A stretch of DNA of 64,000 nt, taken from assembly GCA_041483195.1 (NCBI GenBank), contig JBGPFC010000018.1:8993-72992 (forward strand). Reading direction: 5' to 3'. A model generated the notes under the pieces. That model did no database searches, was not told the origin of the DNA, and saw only the letters and a program-made list of their open reading frames with translations. This DNA comes from Candidatus Eiseniibacteriota bacterium. Lineage in GTDB: Bacteria > Eisenbacteria > RBG-16-71-46. The stretch's first letter is position 1; the number at the start of each line of letters is the position of its first letter. Of this stretch, positions 1 to 13,210 are shown one piece after another. The translations under genes and the position numbers were made by a program.

Positions 1-645
1 GGCCGGGAATCCCAGACCGGGACGCCAGCGGCGCAGCTCGCGCCGGATCGCGGTCTCGCCCGCGCTCAGATCGAATGGCTCGACCAGCCCGCCGCGGAAC
101 ACGATCGAGCCCCGCGCATCCGCGACGGCGAAGCGCGGCGCGTCGCGATCCGATGGCGCAGCGGACGGAGAGTCGGCGGGATCCGGGGGGAGATCGATCC
201 TGCGCTGCGGGTCGATGGCGATCGGAAATTCGAGGCGGAGCCGCCGCGCGAAGCGCGCGGGCACGGCCGAATCCGCCGCGAACGCGTACTGCGGATGGTG
301 AACGCCGACCACGCGCACGCCGTAGCGTGCGTACGCCTCGTGCCACGCCTCGAGCCCGCGCAGGACCATCGCGCTCCGCGGATCGGTATCGGTGAAGATC
401 GCGAGCACCACCGGGTGTAGGGCGAGCGAGTCTTCGCCGGCCGCGCGGCCGCCGAGCCACCCGGCGGCGCCCGCGAGCGATGGAAGCCGCGCGGCTCCAC
501 CACGGCCCACGACCCGCATGACCGGGGAGTTCGGCCCGAGCCGTTCGATCAGCCGCGGCACGATCTCCGAAAGGGGCGGCGCCAGGGCCGCGACCACCAG
601 CCCGATCACCAGCGCGAGGACGAGGTGATGCCGTTGCGGACGCAC
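1..645 (-). CDS. Partial CDS (C-terminus runs off the window start): membrane-anchored AhpC/TSA-like thioredoxin-fold protein lacking the catalytic Cys
   Basis: Open minus-strand frame from GTG at 645 to the window edge (215 codons, no stop). The track does not list it because it has no in-window stop. N-terminal hydrophobic anchor (HHLVLALVIGLVVAALAPP). The body aligns to the peroxiredoxin pattern (VVLAIFTDTDPRS ... GVRVVGVHHPQYAFAADS ... LEFPIAIDPQRRI), but the FTFVCPTE Cys is replaced by TDPRS. Confidence 0.5.
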   Translation of the reverse strand, partial: MRPQRHHLVLALVIGLVVAALAPPLSEIVPRLIERLGPNSPVMRVVGRGGAARLPSLAGAAGWLGGRAAGEDSLALHPVVLAIFTDTDPRSAMVLRGLEAWHEAYARYGVRVVGVHHPQYAFAADSAVPARFARRLRLEFPIAIDPQRRIDLPPDPADSPSAAPSDRDAPRFAVADARGSIVFRGGLVEPFDLSAGETAIRRELRRWRPGLGFPA

Positions 646-852
646 GGCCGGGAAGTATAGCGCCCCGCGCGGATTTGCCCCGCAACCCGGCGCGTGACGG
701 CCGCGCACCGGCGCCCGCCCGACCGGCGCGCGACGCTGTGCTAGACTGCGCGCGCAAACGCGCGAGCGATCGCGCCTCACCGCGATCCGCGCCGCGAGTT
801 CGAACCTTCTCGATGCCGCCGCCTACCGCGCGCGGCAGGGAGCACGACTCAC

Positions 853-1986
853 ATGATGAAACGCCTCTCCTGCCTCATCGCGATCGCCGCGCTCGCGGCA
901 CTCGCCGGATGCTCGGCGCCCAAGACCAAAGCCCCGGCGACCGGAGCCGCGGCGGCCGGCGCTTTCAAGATCGGCGTCATGACCGGCACCGTCTCGCAGG
1001 GCGAAGAAGATTTCCGGGCGGGGGAGCAGGTCGAGGCGAAGTACCCGGGCCGCGTGAAGCACGTCACCTATCCCGACAACTTCTCGACGGAGCTCGAGAC
1101 CGTGATCGCGCAGCTCACCGGGCTCGCCGCCGATCCCGCCGTGAAGGTGATCGTAGTCGGGCAGGCGATCCCGGGATCTGTGACCGCCGCCCGCAAGATC
1201 CGCGAGCAGCGTCCCGACATCCTGATCGGCTTCGTCGGGCCGCACGAAGACCCGGACGTCGTGAACGAGGCGTGCGACCTCGCGATCCAGCCCGACCAGT
1301 ACGCGCGCGGCGTCACCATCATCGCGACCGCGCAGGAGATGGGCGCGAAGAACTTCGTGCACTACTCGTTCCCGCGCCACATGTCGCAGATGCTGCTCGC
1401 GCAGCGGCGCGACATCATGAAGAAGGAATGCGACAAGCGCGGCATGCACTTCTACTTCGTGACGGCGCCCGATCCCACCGGCGAGGGCGGGCTGCCGGCC
1501 GCGCAGCAGTTCATCCTCGAGGACATTCCCCGCCAGCTCAAGAAGCTCGGCCCCGCGACCGCGTTCTACAGCACCAACGACGGCATGCAGGAGCCGATGA
1601 TCAAGGCGATTCTCCAGGCGAAGGCGGGCTACTTCGTCGAGCAGGACGTGCCCGCGCCCACCCAGGGTTACCCCGCCGCGCTCGGCATCTCGATCCCGCC
1701 CGACAAGGCCGGCGACATGGCGTGGATCAACGGCGAGAACAAGCGGCTGATCGCCGAGAAGGGCATGACCGGACACTTCGGCACGTGGACCCAGCCGGTG
1801 GACATGGTCTCGATCCGCGCGTTCACCAACCTGCTGGTGGACGCGGTCGACAAGAAGGCCGACTACCGCGACTCGCTCACGGTGCAGCGCTACCTCGAGG
1901 CCGAGGCCGGCGGGCCGGTGAAGCTGCGCAAGTACGATGCGAAGGGCAACCAGTGGCTGGTGGTGCTGGACCACGTGACGTACTAG
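853..1986 (+). CDS. Lipoprotein, periplasmic-binding-protein-like (resembles the DUF3798 family)
   Basis: 377-aa ORF; GGAG 9 nt upstream of ATG ATG. Signal peptide with lipobox (LAALAGC). Residues such as KIGVMTGTVSQGEE and VIVVGQAIPG resemble an alpha/beta sugar-binding-like fold. The family assignment is from memory. Confidence 0.7.
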   Translation: MMKRLSCLIAIAALAALAGCSAPKTKAPATGAAAAGAFKIGVMTGTVSQGEEDFRAGEQVEAKYPGRVKHVTYPDNFSTELETVIAQLTGLAADPAVKVIVVGQAIPGSVTAARKIREQRPDILIGFVGPHEDPDVVNEACDLAIQPDQYARGVTIIATAQEMGAKNFVHYSFPRHMSQMLLAQRRDIMKKECDKRGMHFYFVTAPDPTGEGGLPAAQQFILEDIPRQLKKLGPATAFYSTNDGMQEPMIKAILQAKAGYFVEQDVPAPTQGYPAALGISIPPDKAGDMAWINGENKRLIAEKGMTGHFGTWTQPVDMVSIRAFTNLLVDAVDKKADYRDSLTVQRYLEAEAGGPVKLRKYDAKGNQWLVVLDHVTY

Positions 1987-2017
1987 TCACGATCCACGAA
2001 GGTCGCGAGGCCGCAAC

Positions 2018-2950
2018 ATGAACGTCGCATACGTCGCTCCGCTCCGTCTCGCCTGGGCGCGCATGACGCGCATGCTGTTCCTCCCGTTTCAGATCGAGAA
2101 CTGGCTGGTGCTGGGCTTCGCGGCGTTCCTCTCCCAGTACCTCGCGGGCTCGCAAGGCGGCCAGTACAGCTGGAAGGGCAGGTCCGACAACATTCCGCAC
2201 AGCGTCATCCACAGCGTGCGGAGCTTCGTGCTGAATCCCTTCTGGTCGGCGCTGCTGATCTGGATCGCGATCTTCGGGCTCGTGATCGCGGTAGTCCTGA
2301 TCTGGATCAACGCGCGCGGCAGGTTCATCTTCCTGCACAACGTCGCCCACGAGCGCCCCGGGATCGTCGAGCCGTGGCAACGCTACGCGCGGCTCGGCAA
2401 CTCGCTCTTCCTCTGGAGCCTGCTCTACGCGTTCGTCACGCTGGCGATCGTCGTCGCGCTCGCGCTGCCGTTCATCGGGGCGCTGATCACGGCCTTCCAG
2501 AGCGAGGAATTCCGCTGGCCGGCGGTGGGCCTGATGCTCGCGTGGGCGCCGGTCGCGGCCGCGGTCGGAATCGTGGTCGCCTACTTCTACATGATGCTCA
2601 ATCACTTCGTGGTCCCGATCATGTTCCGTCACGACCTCACGACCGCCGCGGCGTGGGGGCGCTTCATCCCGCTGTTCCGCGCCCACCCCGGGAATTTCCT
2701 GCTCTACGGCCTGTTCATGCTCGGCCTCACGATCGTGGTGGGCTTCGCGTGCGCGACGCTCGGCTTCGCGACCTGCTGCATCGGCTTCGTGCTGCTCGCG
2801 CTTCCCTACATCGGCTCGGTCATCACGCTGCCGGTCGAGGTGACGATGCGCGCGCTGGGGCCGGAGTTCCTCGCGCAGTTCGGCGCGGAGTGGAGCGTGC
2901 TCGCGGCGCCCCCGGCCAAGCCCGCGCCGGTCGAAGGGGCGGGCGCGTGA
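2018..2950 (+). CDS. Integral membrane protein, uncharacterized (about 7 TM)
   Basis: 310-aa ORF starting ATG 2018, strongly hydrophobic with multiple TM segments and normal codon usage. It is positioned in the same direction as the next gene (stop 2948-2950, overlapping the next gene's candidate GTG start at 2947). Confidence 0.7.
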   Translation: MNVAYVAPLRLAWARMTRMLFLPFQIENWLVLGFAAFLSQYLAGSQGGQYSWKGRSDNIPHSVIHSVRSFVLNPFWSALLIWIAIFGLVIAVVLIWINARGRFIFLHNVAHERPGIVEPWQRYARLGNSLFLWSLLYAFVTLAIVVALALPFIGALITAFQSEEFRWPAVGLMLAWAPVAAAVGIVVAYFYMMLNHFVVPIMFRHDLTTAAAWGRFIPLFRAHPGNFLLYGLFMLGLTIVVGFACATLGFATCCIGFVLLALPYIGSVITLPVEVTMRALGPEFLAQFGAEWSVLAAPPAKPAPVEGAGA

Positions 2951-2982
2951 GCGCGCGGATCGCGGAGGCGCGCGGCGTGACG

Positions 2983-3408
2983 ATGGCGCGCGCCGTCGAG
3001 ACGGCGCGATTCGGTCGCGCGCGCATCGCGCGGCTCGCATGGGCAGCGTGCGGCGCCGCGGCCATGGCCGGGGCGCTCACGTTGCGCGCGTCGGCGGCGG
3101 CGGGCGATCCGTCGCATCCGCTCTGCCTCCTGCGCACGGTCACCGGTCTCGCGTGTCCGACCTGCGGCCTCACGCGCGCCGCCGCGCTGCTGCTGGCTGG
3201 CGAGTGGCGGGCGTCGCTCGCGATGCACCCGATGGCCGCAGCACTCGCGGTTCAGCTCGCCGCGGGCTGGATGGCGTGGGGCGTGGCGCTCGCGCGACGC
3301 TCGCGCGAGCGGATCGACCGCTGGATTCCGCACGCGATCGCCGTCGAAGCTGCCGCGTTTCTGGCGATCTGGATCCTGCGGCTCGCGACCGGAACGCTGC
3401 CGCGCTGA
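2983..3408 (+). CDS. DUF2752-family membrane protein (CPxCGxTR motif)
   Basis: Frame of track ORF 2374..3408. The first in-frame starts after the upstream stop are GTG 2947 and ATG 2983. The motif LACPTCGLTRA plus 3-4 TM helices is typical of DUF2752. The start is uncertain (2947 or 2983). Confidence 0.6.
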   Translation: MARAVETARFGRARIARLAWAACGAAAMAGALTLRASAAAGDPSHPLCLLRTVTGLACPTCGLTRAAALLLAGEWRASLAMHPMAAALAVQLAAGWMAWGVALARRSRERIDRWIPHAIAVEAAAFLAIWILRLATGTLPR

Positions 3409-3443
3409 GGGTCGCGAGTCCGGCCCGCCCGGGGATTCGCCCG

Positions 3444-4931
3444 CTACGGCGCCGCGCGTTTCAGCAGCCTGCGAATTCCCCGCCCCAGCTCTTCGGCGCT
3501 CGGCGGATCGTAGTTCGAGAGCACGATCAGCGTGTAGCCGCTCTCCGAATCGATCTCGAGCAGGGCGTTGAGCCCGGGCGCGCCCCCCGCGAACCCGAAG
3601 CCGCCCTTCCCCGAAGCTGATGCGGCGGCGCTCGCCGCCGCGCTCGCCGCTCCGCCTGGCGCTTCGCCGGTGAACATCCAGCGCGTCCAGCCCGCGCCGA
3701 GCAGGCGGCCCGCCTGCAGCGCGTTCGCGAATCGCAACAGGTCGCCAGCGGTCGAGTAGCCGCCGCCGGCCGAGCTGCCGCGCGCGGGGCGCGAGAAGAT
3801 GTTCTCGCGCCGCGGCCCGACGCGCGGCGGAGCGGAATCCTCGTGGCCCGGCAGCCGGCGCGTGTAGCCCATCGCCACGTTGGGCTCCGGCGCGTCGGAC
3901 TCGAAGAAGCCCGTGCTCTCCATGACCGCCGCCTTCCAGACGTGATCGCGCATGTAGTCCGCGTAGTCCTGCCCGGTGACGCGCTCGATGACGGCGCCGA
4001 GCGTGACGTAACCCGCGTTCGAGTAGCGATGGTCGGTGCCGGGCTCGAACTCGAGCGGCTTCTTCGCGAACAGCGGGAAGTAGTCGCGCAGCGTGCGCAG
4101 GTTCGACTTGTTCATCGCGTCGTACTCTGGACCGAAGAAGTCGCCCATCCCCGAGCTCATGTCGAGCAGCTGCGCGATCGTGACCCGGTCCGCGATCTCG
4201 GGTGGAAAGTCGTTCAGGTATTTCCCGACCGGGTCCGAGAGCGACAGCTTCTTCTGCTCCACGAGCTGGCCGATCGCGACCCTGGTGAAGATCTTGTTGA
4301 TCGAGCCCAGGTTGAATCGCGTGTCGCCGCGATTGGGCGCGCGGAAGCGCTTCTCGGCGAGCCCGCAGGCGCGGCCCAGGATGGGCCTGCCGTCTCGCGC
4401 GAGCAGCACCACGCCCGAGAATTGGTCGGCGCGCGCGACGCTGTCCACCGTGGCGTCGACGGCGCGCAGCAGTTCCGCCGGCGTGAGCCTGGGTCCCGCT
4501 TCTTCGGCGCCCGGCGCTTGCGTCTGCTCGATCCGGATGCCGGCCAGCATCCCGGCCCCGCCCGGCTCGCATTCGAAGGTCAGCTCCACCCACTCCCCCG
4601 CGCCGTTGCGCGCGAGCAGGACGATCGAATCGTCCCCCGACGCCTTGACCCGCACCATGCCCAGCGATCGGAGATCCTGCTTCATCTGCTTCCAGCGGTT
4701 CGCGCGCTCCTCGGCCGGCCGCTGCTTCGCGCCCGCTTCCGAGAGGTGGCGGGTGAAGAACTCACGCATCGCGGCGGGATCCTCGGAATTGAAGGCGCTC
4801 ACGAAGTCGGCCGCGAGGCGGCCCGCGGGCGTTGATGGGAACACCGAGGACGCGTGGGAGTCGGACGGCGGCGCGGTGCCCGACACCGCGAGCGCGCAGG
4901 CGAGCAGGCAAAGCACGATGGCACGGATCAT
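3444..4931 (-). CDS. Serine hydrolase, class C beta-lactamase / penicillin-binding-protein-like family
   Basis: 495-aa ORF with signal peptide, S-x-x-K motif (SINKIF), Y-x-N motif (YSNAGY) and a low-complexity Ala/Ser linker near the C-terminus. Confidence 0.85.
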   Translation of the reverse strand: MIRAIVLCLLACALAVSGTAPPSDSHASSVFPSTPAGRLAADFVSAFNSEDPAAMREFFTRHLSEAGAKQRPAEERANRWKQMKQDLRSLGMVRVKASGDDSIVLLARNGAGEWVELTFECEPGGAGMLAGIRIEQTQAPGAEEAGPRLTPAELLRAVDATVDSVARADQFSGVVLLARDGRPILGRACGLAEKRFRAPNRGDTRFNLGSINKIFTRVAIGQLVEQKKLSLSDPVGKYLNDFPPEIADRVTIAQLLDMSSGMGDFFGPEYDAMNKSNLRTLRDYFPLFAKKPLEFEPGTDHRYSNAGYVTLGAVIERVTGQDYADYMRDHVWKAAVMESTGFFESDAPEPNVAMGYTRRLPGHEDSAPPRVGPRRENIFSRPARGSSAGGGYSTAGDLLRFANALQAGRLLGAGWTRWMFTGEAPGGAASAAASAAASASGKGGFGFAGGAPGLNALLEIDSESGYTLIVLSNYDPPSAEELGRGIRRLLKRAAP

Positions 4932-5433
4932 TGACTCTCCTTTCGCGCCGCGACCGGCGTGCGCATTGGATACCCGTCACCCGCTCAGGGTTGGGTGAGG
5001 AGTCGCGAGCATCGCGGCAACCGCGGGTGTCCGCCATCGCCACCTCCAATCGCGCGCTCGGTTGAACGGCCCAGTAGGGCCCGGGACGGCGGTAACCAAA
5101 GGAGGCATCGGGCGAATGCAGGTTTCGGCATGGGACATGCTGATCAGGGCACATGCAGCGCTATAAGCGTGTTTGAAATCTATACCTTGACTTGCTCGTC
5201 CATCGGGTAACTAATCTGCGGCGAAGGCATCACTTTCTCTGATATCAGCACCGATCATTAAATCAGTCGCGGTTTCATGGAACATTCTGTAGCTTGACCC
5301 CCGGAAGCAACCGAGACCATGAGATCGGCCGCCCCGATGATCTCCTGCCCGGCCCGCCCGGCCGCTTGCTCTCCGCGGGCGTCGAAGTCGCACGGCCCTT
5401 CCCCGCCTTTCCCCGTTTCGGCGCGTAGCCCCG

Positions 5434-5449
5434 TTCCGCACTGGAGCCG
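5434..5449 (+). promoter_or_regulatory. Possible sigma54-type promoter (-24 GG / -12 GC, TGGAGC-N5-CCGCA) in the long leader of the S8 peptidase gene
   Basis: Correct GG-N10-GC spacing about 225 nt upstream of ATG 5674. This is a weak match, and GC-rich DNA gives many chance hits. Confidence 0.15.
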
Positions 5450-5673
5450 GAACCGCATGCGAACTCTCCGCGCGCACGATGCGCGAACTTCGATCGCTCC
5501 GGGAAAGGCAGGCCCCTGATCTCGCAATCCCCGAGTTCGAGACCGATCCGCAGATTGCGCTACGTGGCCTTCGCGGCGTCCGTCAGCCATGGAGAGGCTG
5601 CCCTGAACCATCGGGGTTCTCGCAGGCAGGCCGAGCGGCACGCGAGACCGCAGCACCCAAACGGAGGCGTATC

Positions 5674-9189
<3,516 letters not shown>

Positions 9190-9206
9190 TCGCATGAGTC
9201 AGGGGC

Positions 9207-9243
9207 GGGGCCGGAGCACGATGCTCCGGCCCCGTCGTTTGTG
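9207..9243 (+). terminator. Rho-independent terminator after the S8 peptidase gene
   Basis: Perfect 11-bp stem GGGGCCGGAGC / GCTCCGGCCCC with loop ACGAT, followed by GTCGTTTGTGG, 18 nt after the TAA stop. Confidence 0.7.
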
Positions 9244-9342
9244 GCGGCCCGCGGGCCACACTTGCACCGGATGGACCTTGCGCGGCAATCTCCGGCACCT
9301 CATGCCAACCCCACCCCTCCCCTCACCCGCCGCCGTGCGCCC

Positions 9343-10944
9343 GTGACCCAGCCCGTCCTCGAGCTGCGCGAGATCACCAAGGAGTACGACGGCAACCGCG
9401 TGCTGAAGGGCGTGTCGCTGGTGGTGCGCCCCGGCACCATCCACGCGGTGGTCGGCGAGAACGGCGCGGGCAAGTCCACGCTCATGAACGTGCTGTTCGG
9501 CATGCCGGTGATCCGCGAGACCGGCGGGTACGGCGGCCAGGTCGTGCTGGATGGACGCGAGGTGTCGTTCGCGGCGCCGATCGAGGCGATGGCGGCGGGG
9601 ATCGGCATGGTGCACCAGGAGTTCATGCTGATCCCGGGCTTCACCGTGGCGGAGAACATCAAGCTCAACCGTGAGCCCACGATTCCAAATCTGCTTTCGC
9701 GCATCGCGGGCCCCGCGCTCGAGACGCTCGACGTGCCGGCGATGCGTCGCGACGCGCGCGCCGCGCTCGATCGCGTGGGGCTCGCCGTGGACGAGTGGCT
9801 GCCGATGGCGGGGCTGCCGGTCGGGCACATGCAGTTCGTCGAGATCGCGCGCGAGGTGGACAAGAAGAAGGTGCGGCTCCTGATCTTCGACGAGCCCACC
9901 GCGGTGCTCACCGAGAGCGAGGCGACGCAGCTGCTGAGCGTGATGCGCTCGCTCGCGGCGGAGGGCATGGGCCTGCTGTTCATCACGCATCGCCTCGACG
10001 AGGTGCTGGCGGTCGCCGACGAGATCACCGTGCTGCGCGACGGCGAGGTCGCGGCGCGACTCGAGCCCAGGCGCACGACGGTCGGCCAGATCGCGGAGCT
10101 GATGGTGGGCCGCCCCGCGGCGGTGGTGAAGCCGGGCGGCGCCGCGGCCCGCGCCGCCGGGCCTCCCGCGCTCGCGATCACCGATCTCGCGGTGGAGATG
10201 CCGGGCGAGCGCGTGCTCGGCGTGTCGCTCACCGTGGAGAAGGGCGAGGTGCTGGGCATCGCCGGCCTCGCCGGCCAGGGCAAGATCGGCATCGCGAACG
10301 GGCTGATGGGCCTCTACCCGGCGCGCGGCTCGGTGGCCAAGGACGGGAAGCCGCTCGCGCTCAATGATCCGCGCGCCGCGATCCGCGCGGGGCTGGCGTT
10401 CGTCTCGGAGGACCGCCGCGGCGTCGGCATTCTTCCAGACGAGAGCATCGAGCTGAACATCGTGCTCACCGCGCTCGAGGCGCAGAACCGCTTCCTCCGC
10501 CCCGGACCGATCGGGCCGCTGCGCCTGCTCGATCGCGGCGCGGCGCGGCGGCACGCGCTCGAGATGATCCGCGCGCTCGACATCCGCTGCCGGGGCCCAA
10601 GGCAGCAGGTGCGGCGGCTCTCGGGCGGCAACCAGCAGAAGGTGTGCCTCGCGCGCGCGATGACGCTCGACCCCGACACGCTGCTGGTCTCGGAGCCGAC
10701 GCGCGGCATCGACGTCGGCGCGAAGGAGCGGGTGCTCGAGATCCTGCGGGGCCTGAACCGCGAGCGCGGCATGACGCTGGTCGTGACCTCGTCGGAGCTC
10801 GCCGAGCTGCGCGCGATCTGCGACCGCATCGCGATCGTGTACCACGGCCGCATCGAGGCGGTGCTGCCTCCCGACGCGAGCGACGAATCGTTCGGCCTCG
10901 CGATGGCCGGCGAGCTGCACGGCGCGGAGGCGGCGCGTGGCTGA
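9343..10944 (+). CDS. ABC transporter ATP-binding protein, fused double-ATPase (CUT2 / nucleoside-sugar importer type)
   Basis: Two Walker A motifs (GENGAGKST; GLAGQGKIG-type second half) and two signature motifs (LSGGNQQKV). The start is placed at GTG 9343 (VTQPVLELREITKEY). The track ORF begins earlier at 9241; that start is less likely. Confidence 0.8.
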   Translation: MTQPVLELREITKEYDGNRVLKGVSLVVRPGTIHAVVGENGAGKSTLMNVLFGMPVIRETGGYGGQVVLDGREVSFAAPIEAMAAGIGMVHQEFMLIPGFTVAENIKLNREPTIPNLLSRIAGPALETLDVPAMRRDARAALDRVGLAVDEWLPMAGLPVGHMQFVEIAREVDKKKVRLLIFDEPTAVLTESEATQLLSVMRSLAAEGMGLLFITHRLDEVLAVADEITVLRDGEVAARLEPRRTTVGQIAELMVGRPAAVVKPGGAAARAAGPPALAITDLAVEMPGERVLGVSLTVEKGEVLGIAGLAGQGKIGIANGLMGLYPARGSVAKDGKPLALNDPRAAIRAGLAFVSEDRRGVGILPDESIELNIVLTALEAQNRFLRPGPIGPLRLLDRGAARRHALEMIRALDIRCRGPRQQVRRLSGGNQQKVCLARAMTLDPDTLLVSEPTRGIDVGAKERVLEILRGLNRERGMTLVVTSSELAELRAICDRIAIVYHGRIEAVLPPDASDESFGLAMAGELHGAEAARG

Positions 10945-12016
10945 AGCTCCCGCGCGCCCGGACGACGGCGGCGCCGGCGCAGCGGGCGCCGTGCGGGAGT
11001 ACCTGCGCGAGATCGGCATCCCGCGGCTCCTGATCGGCGTGTTCCTGGTCGCGTTGTTCGGCGTCGCGTTCGCCACGAAGATGGACATCCCGGGGCTCGC
11101 CACCGACTGCATCTTGCGCATCGCGCGCAACGGAATCCTGGTGCTCGCGCTGTTGCCGGCGATCCAGGGCGGCGTCGGGCTCAACTTCGGCCTGCCGATC
11201 GGCATCATCTGCGGGCTGATCGGCTGCGTCATCACGCTCGATCTCTCGATCGGCGGATGGCTCGGGCTCGGGCTCTCGGCGCTGATCGGCGCGCTGCTCG
11301 CTGCGCCGGTCGGCATGGCCTACGGCTGGCTGCTCAACCGCACGCGCGGCCAGGAGATGATGGTCGGCACCTACCTCGGATTCGCCGTGGTGTCGGGCAT
11401 GAGCATCTTCTGGACGATCGCGCCGTTTCACAACCCGCTGCTGGTGTGGGCGATCGCCGGCAAGGGGCTGCGCACCACGCTCACCATCACCGGCATCTGG
11501 GACAAGCTGCTCGACCAGCTCGGGCAGTTCACGCTCGCCGGCGTCACGGTGCCCACCGGATCGCTCGCGCTGTTCGCGCTCGCCTGCGTGATGGTCGGGC
11601 TGTTCTTCCGCACGCGCGCCGGGCTCACCATCAGCGCCGCGCGCAGCAACCCGCGCTTCGCGCGCGCCGCCGGCATCTCGGACGAGCGCACCCGGGTGCA
11701 GGCCACCACCTTCTCGACCGTGCTCGCCGCGATCGGCATCGTGGTGTTCTGCCAGTCGTACGGCTTCGTCCAGCTCTACACCGCCCCGCTGCTGATGGCG
11801 TTCCCCGCCGTGGCCTGCCTGCTGATCGGCGGCGCCTCGGTGAGCCGCGCGACGCTCACTCACGTCGTGATCGGAACGGTGCTGTTCCAGTCCATCCTCA
11901 CGGTGGCGCTCCCCGTCACCAGCCAGGTGATCGCAGGAGATTTCTCGGAGACCGCGCGGCTCATCATCCAGAACGGCATGATCCTCTACGCGCTCACCCG
12001 GCGCGGGGACCGCTGA
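10937..12016 (+). CDS. ABC transporter permease (first of two)
   Basis: 359-aa polytopic ORF overlapping the ATPase stop. Typical CUT2/BMP-type permease. Confidence 0.8.
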   Translation: MAEAPARPDDGGAGAAGAVREYLREIGIPRLLIGVFLVALFGVAFATKMDIPGLATDCILRIARNGILVLALLPAIQGGVGLNFGLPIGIICGLIGCVITLDLSIGGWLGLGLSALIGALLAAPVGMAYGWLLNRTRGQEMMVGTYLGFAVVSGMSIFWTIAPFHNPLLVWAIAGKGLRTTLTITGIWDKLLDQLGQFTLAGVTVPTGSLALFALACVMVGLFFRTRAGLTISAARSNPRFARAAGISDERTRVQATTFSTVLAAIGIVVFCQSYGFVQLYTAPLLMAFPAVACLLIGGASVSRATLTHVVIGTVLFQSILTVALPVTSQVIAGDFSETARLIIQNGMILYALTRRGDR

Positions 12017-12018
12017 TC

Positions 12019-13197
12019 GTGAACACGCAGACTCCTCAGCCCTCGGGGCCCGCGCCGCGGGCGGGCGCGCCCGGGCCGGCGCGTGGTCTGGGCACGCCGG
12101 GGCCCGCGCGCGGTCCGGTCGCGCCGCGCCGCACGCTGCGCGGCGCGCTCTCGCACGCTGCGGTGCCGATGCTGTTCGCGCTCATGTGCGTGCTCGGGAT
12201 CATCGCGGCCCACATCGGTCCCGGGTTCCTGATCCGCGAGCTGCTCTCGCGTTTCGCGCGCAACGCGGTGCTCGTGACCTCGCTGCTCATCCCGATCCTC
12301 GCCGGGCTCGGCCTCAACTTCGGCATCGTGGTGGGCGCGATGGCCGGACAGGTCGCCGCGATCCTCGTCACCTACTGGAAGATCGGCGGCATCGCGGGCT
12401 TCGCGCTCGCGTGCCTGATCGCGGCGCCGCTCGCCGTGCTGTTCGGGCTCGGCACCGGCGCGCTGTTCAACCGCTCGAAGGGCCGCGAGATGGTGACCGG
12501 CCTGATCGCCGGCTTCTTCGCGAACGGTCTCTACCAGCTGCTGTTCCTGTTCGGGGTCGGGAGCCTGATCCCGTGGCACGACAAGTCGATGCTGCTCCCG
12601 CAGGGCTTCGGGCTGCGGAACACCGTCGACCTGTTCGGCATCCAGTACGCGCTCGACGACCTCATCAAGGTGAGCGTGCCGATCGACGGCTCGCCGGTGC
12701 GCGTGCCGGTCGTGACGTTCGGCTGCATCGCGCTGGTGTGCGGGTTCAACCTGTTCTTCCAGCGCACCCGGCTCGGCCAGGAGCTGCGTGCGATGGGACA
12801 GGACCCGCACGTCGCATCGACCGCCGGCATCCGCGTGGATCGCAACCGCGTGATCGCGACCGTGCTCTCCACCGTGTTCGCGGCGTGGGGTCAGCTGTTC
12901 TTCCTGCAGAACCTCGGCACGCTCAACACCTACAGCTCGCACGAGCAGGTCGGCATGTTCGCGATCGCGGCGCTGCTGGTCTCGGGCGCCACCGTCTCGC
13001 GCGCGACCGTGGGGCAGGCGCTGCTCGGCACGCTGCTGTTCCACACGCTGTTCGTGGTCTCGCCGCTCGCCGGCAAGGCGCTGCTGGGCGACGCCCAGAT
13101 CGGCGAGTACTTCCGCGTGTTCGTCGCGTACGCGGTGATCACGGTCGCGCTGGTGCTCCACGCATGGCAGAAGGCGCGGAGGGATCGCGCGGGGTGA
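12019..13197 (+). CDS. ABC transporter permease (second of two)
   Basis: Frame of track ORF 11257..13197. First start after the upstream stop is GTG 12019; there is an alternative ATG at about 12166. Polytopic and similar to the preceding permease. No substrate-binding protein gene is adjacent. Confidence 0.75.
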   Translation: MNTQTPQPSGPAPRAGAPGPARGLGTPGPARGPVAPRRTLRGALSHAAVPMLFALMCVLGIIAAHIGPGFLIRELLSRFARNAVLVTSLLIPILAGLGLNFGIVVGAMAGQVAAILVTYWKIGGIAGFALACLIAAPLAVLFGLGTGALFNRSKGREMVTGLIAGFFANGLYQLLFLFGVGSLIPWHDKSMLLPQGFGLRNTVDLFGIQYALDDLIKVSVPIDGSPVRVPVVTFGCIALVCGFNLFFQRTRLGQELRAMGQDPHVASTAGIRVDRNRVIATVLSTVFAAWGQLFFLQNLGTLNTYSSHEQVGMFAIAALLVSGATVSRATVGQALLGTLLFHTLFVVSPLAGKALLGDAQIGEYFRVFVAYAVITVALVLHAWQKARRDRAG

Positions 13198-13210
13198 GCG
13201 GCACGCGCCG

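Noticed and set aside
3568-3759. Plus-strand 63-aa ORF with AAALAAALAAPPG repeats
   Set aside because: It is antisense to the low-complexity Ala/Ser linker of the beta-lactamase-like gene. The repeat is a mirror of that coding sequence.
9241-9342. Upstream start (9241) for the ABC ATPase gene
   Set aside because: The 34-codon extension (MAARGPHLHRMDLARQSPAP...) is not ATPase-like and overlaps the terminator hairpin of the previous gene. GTG 9343 gives a canonical N-terminus.
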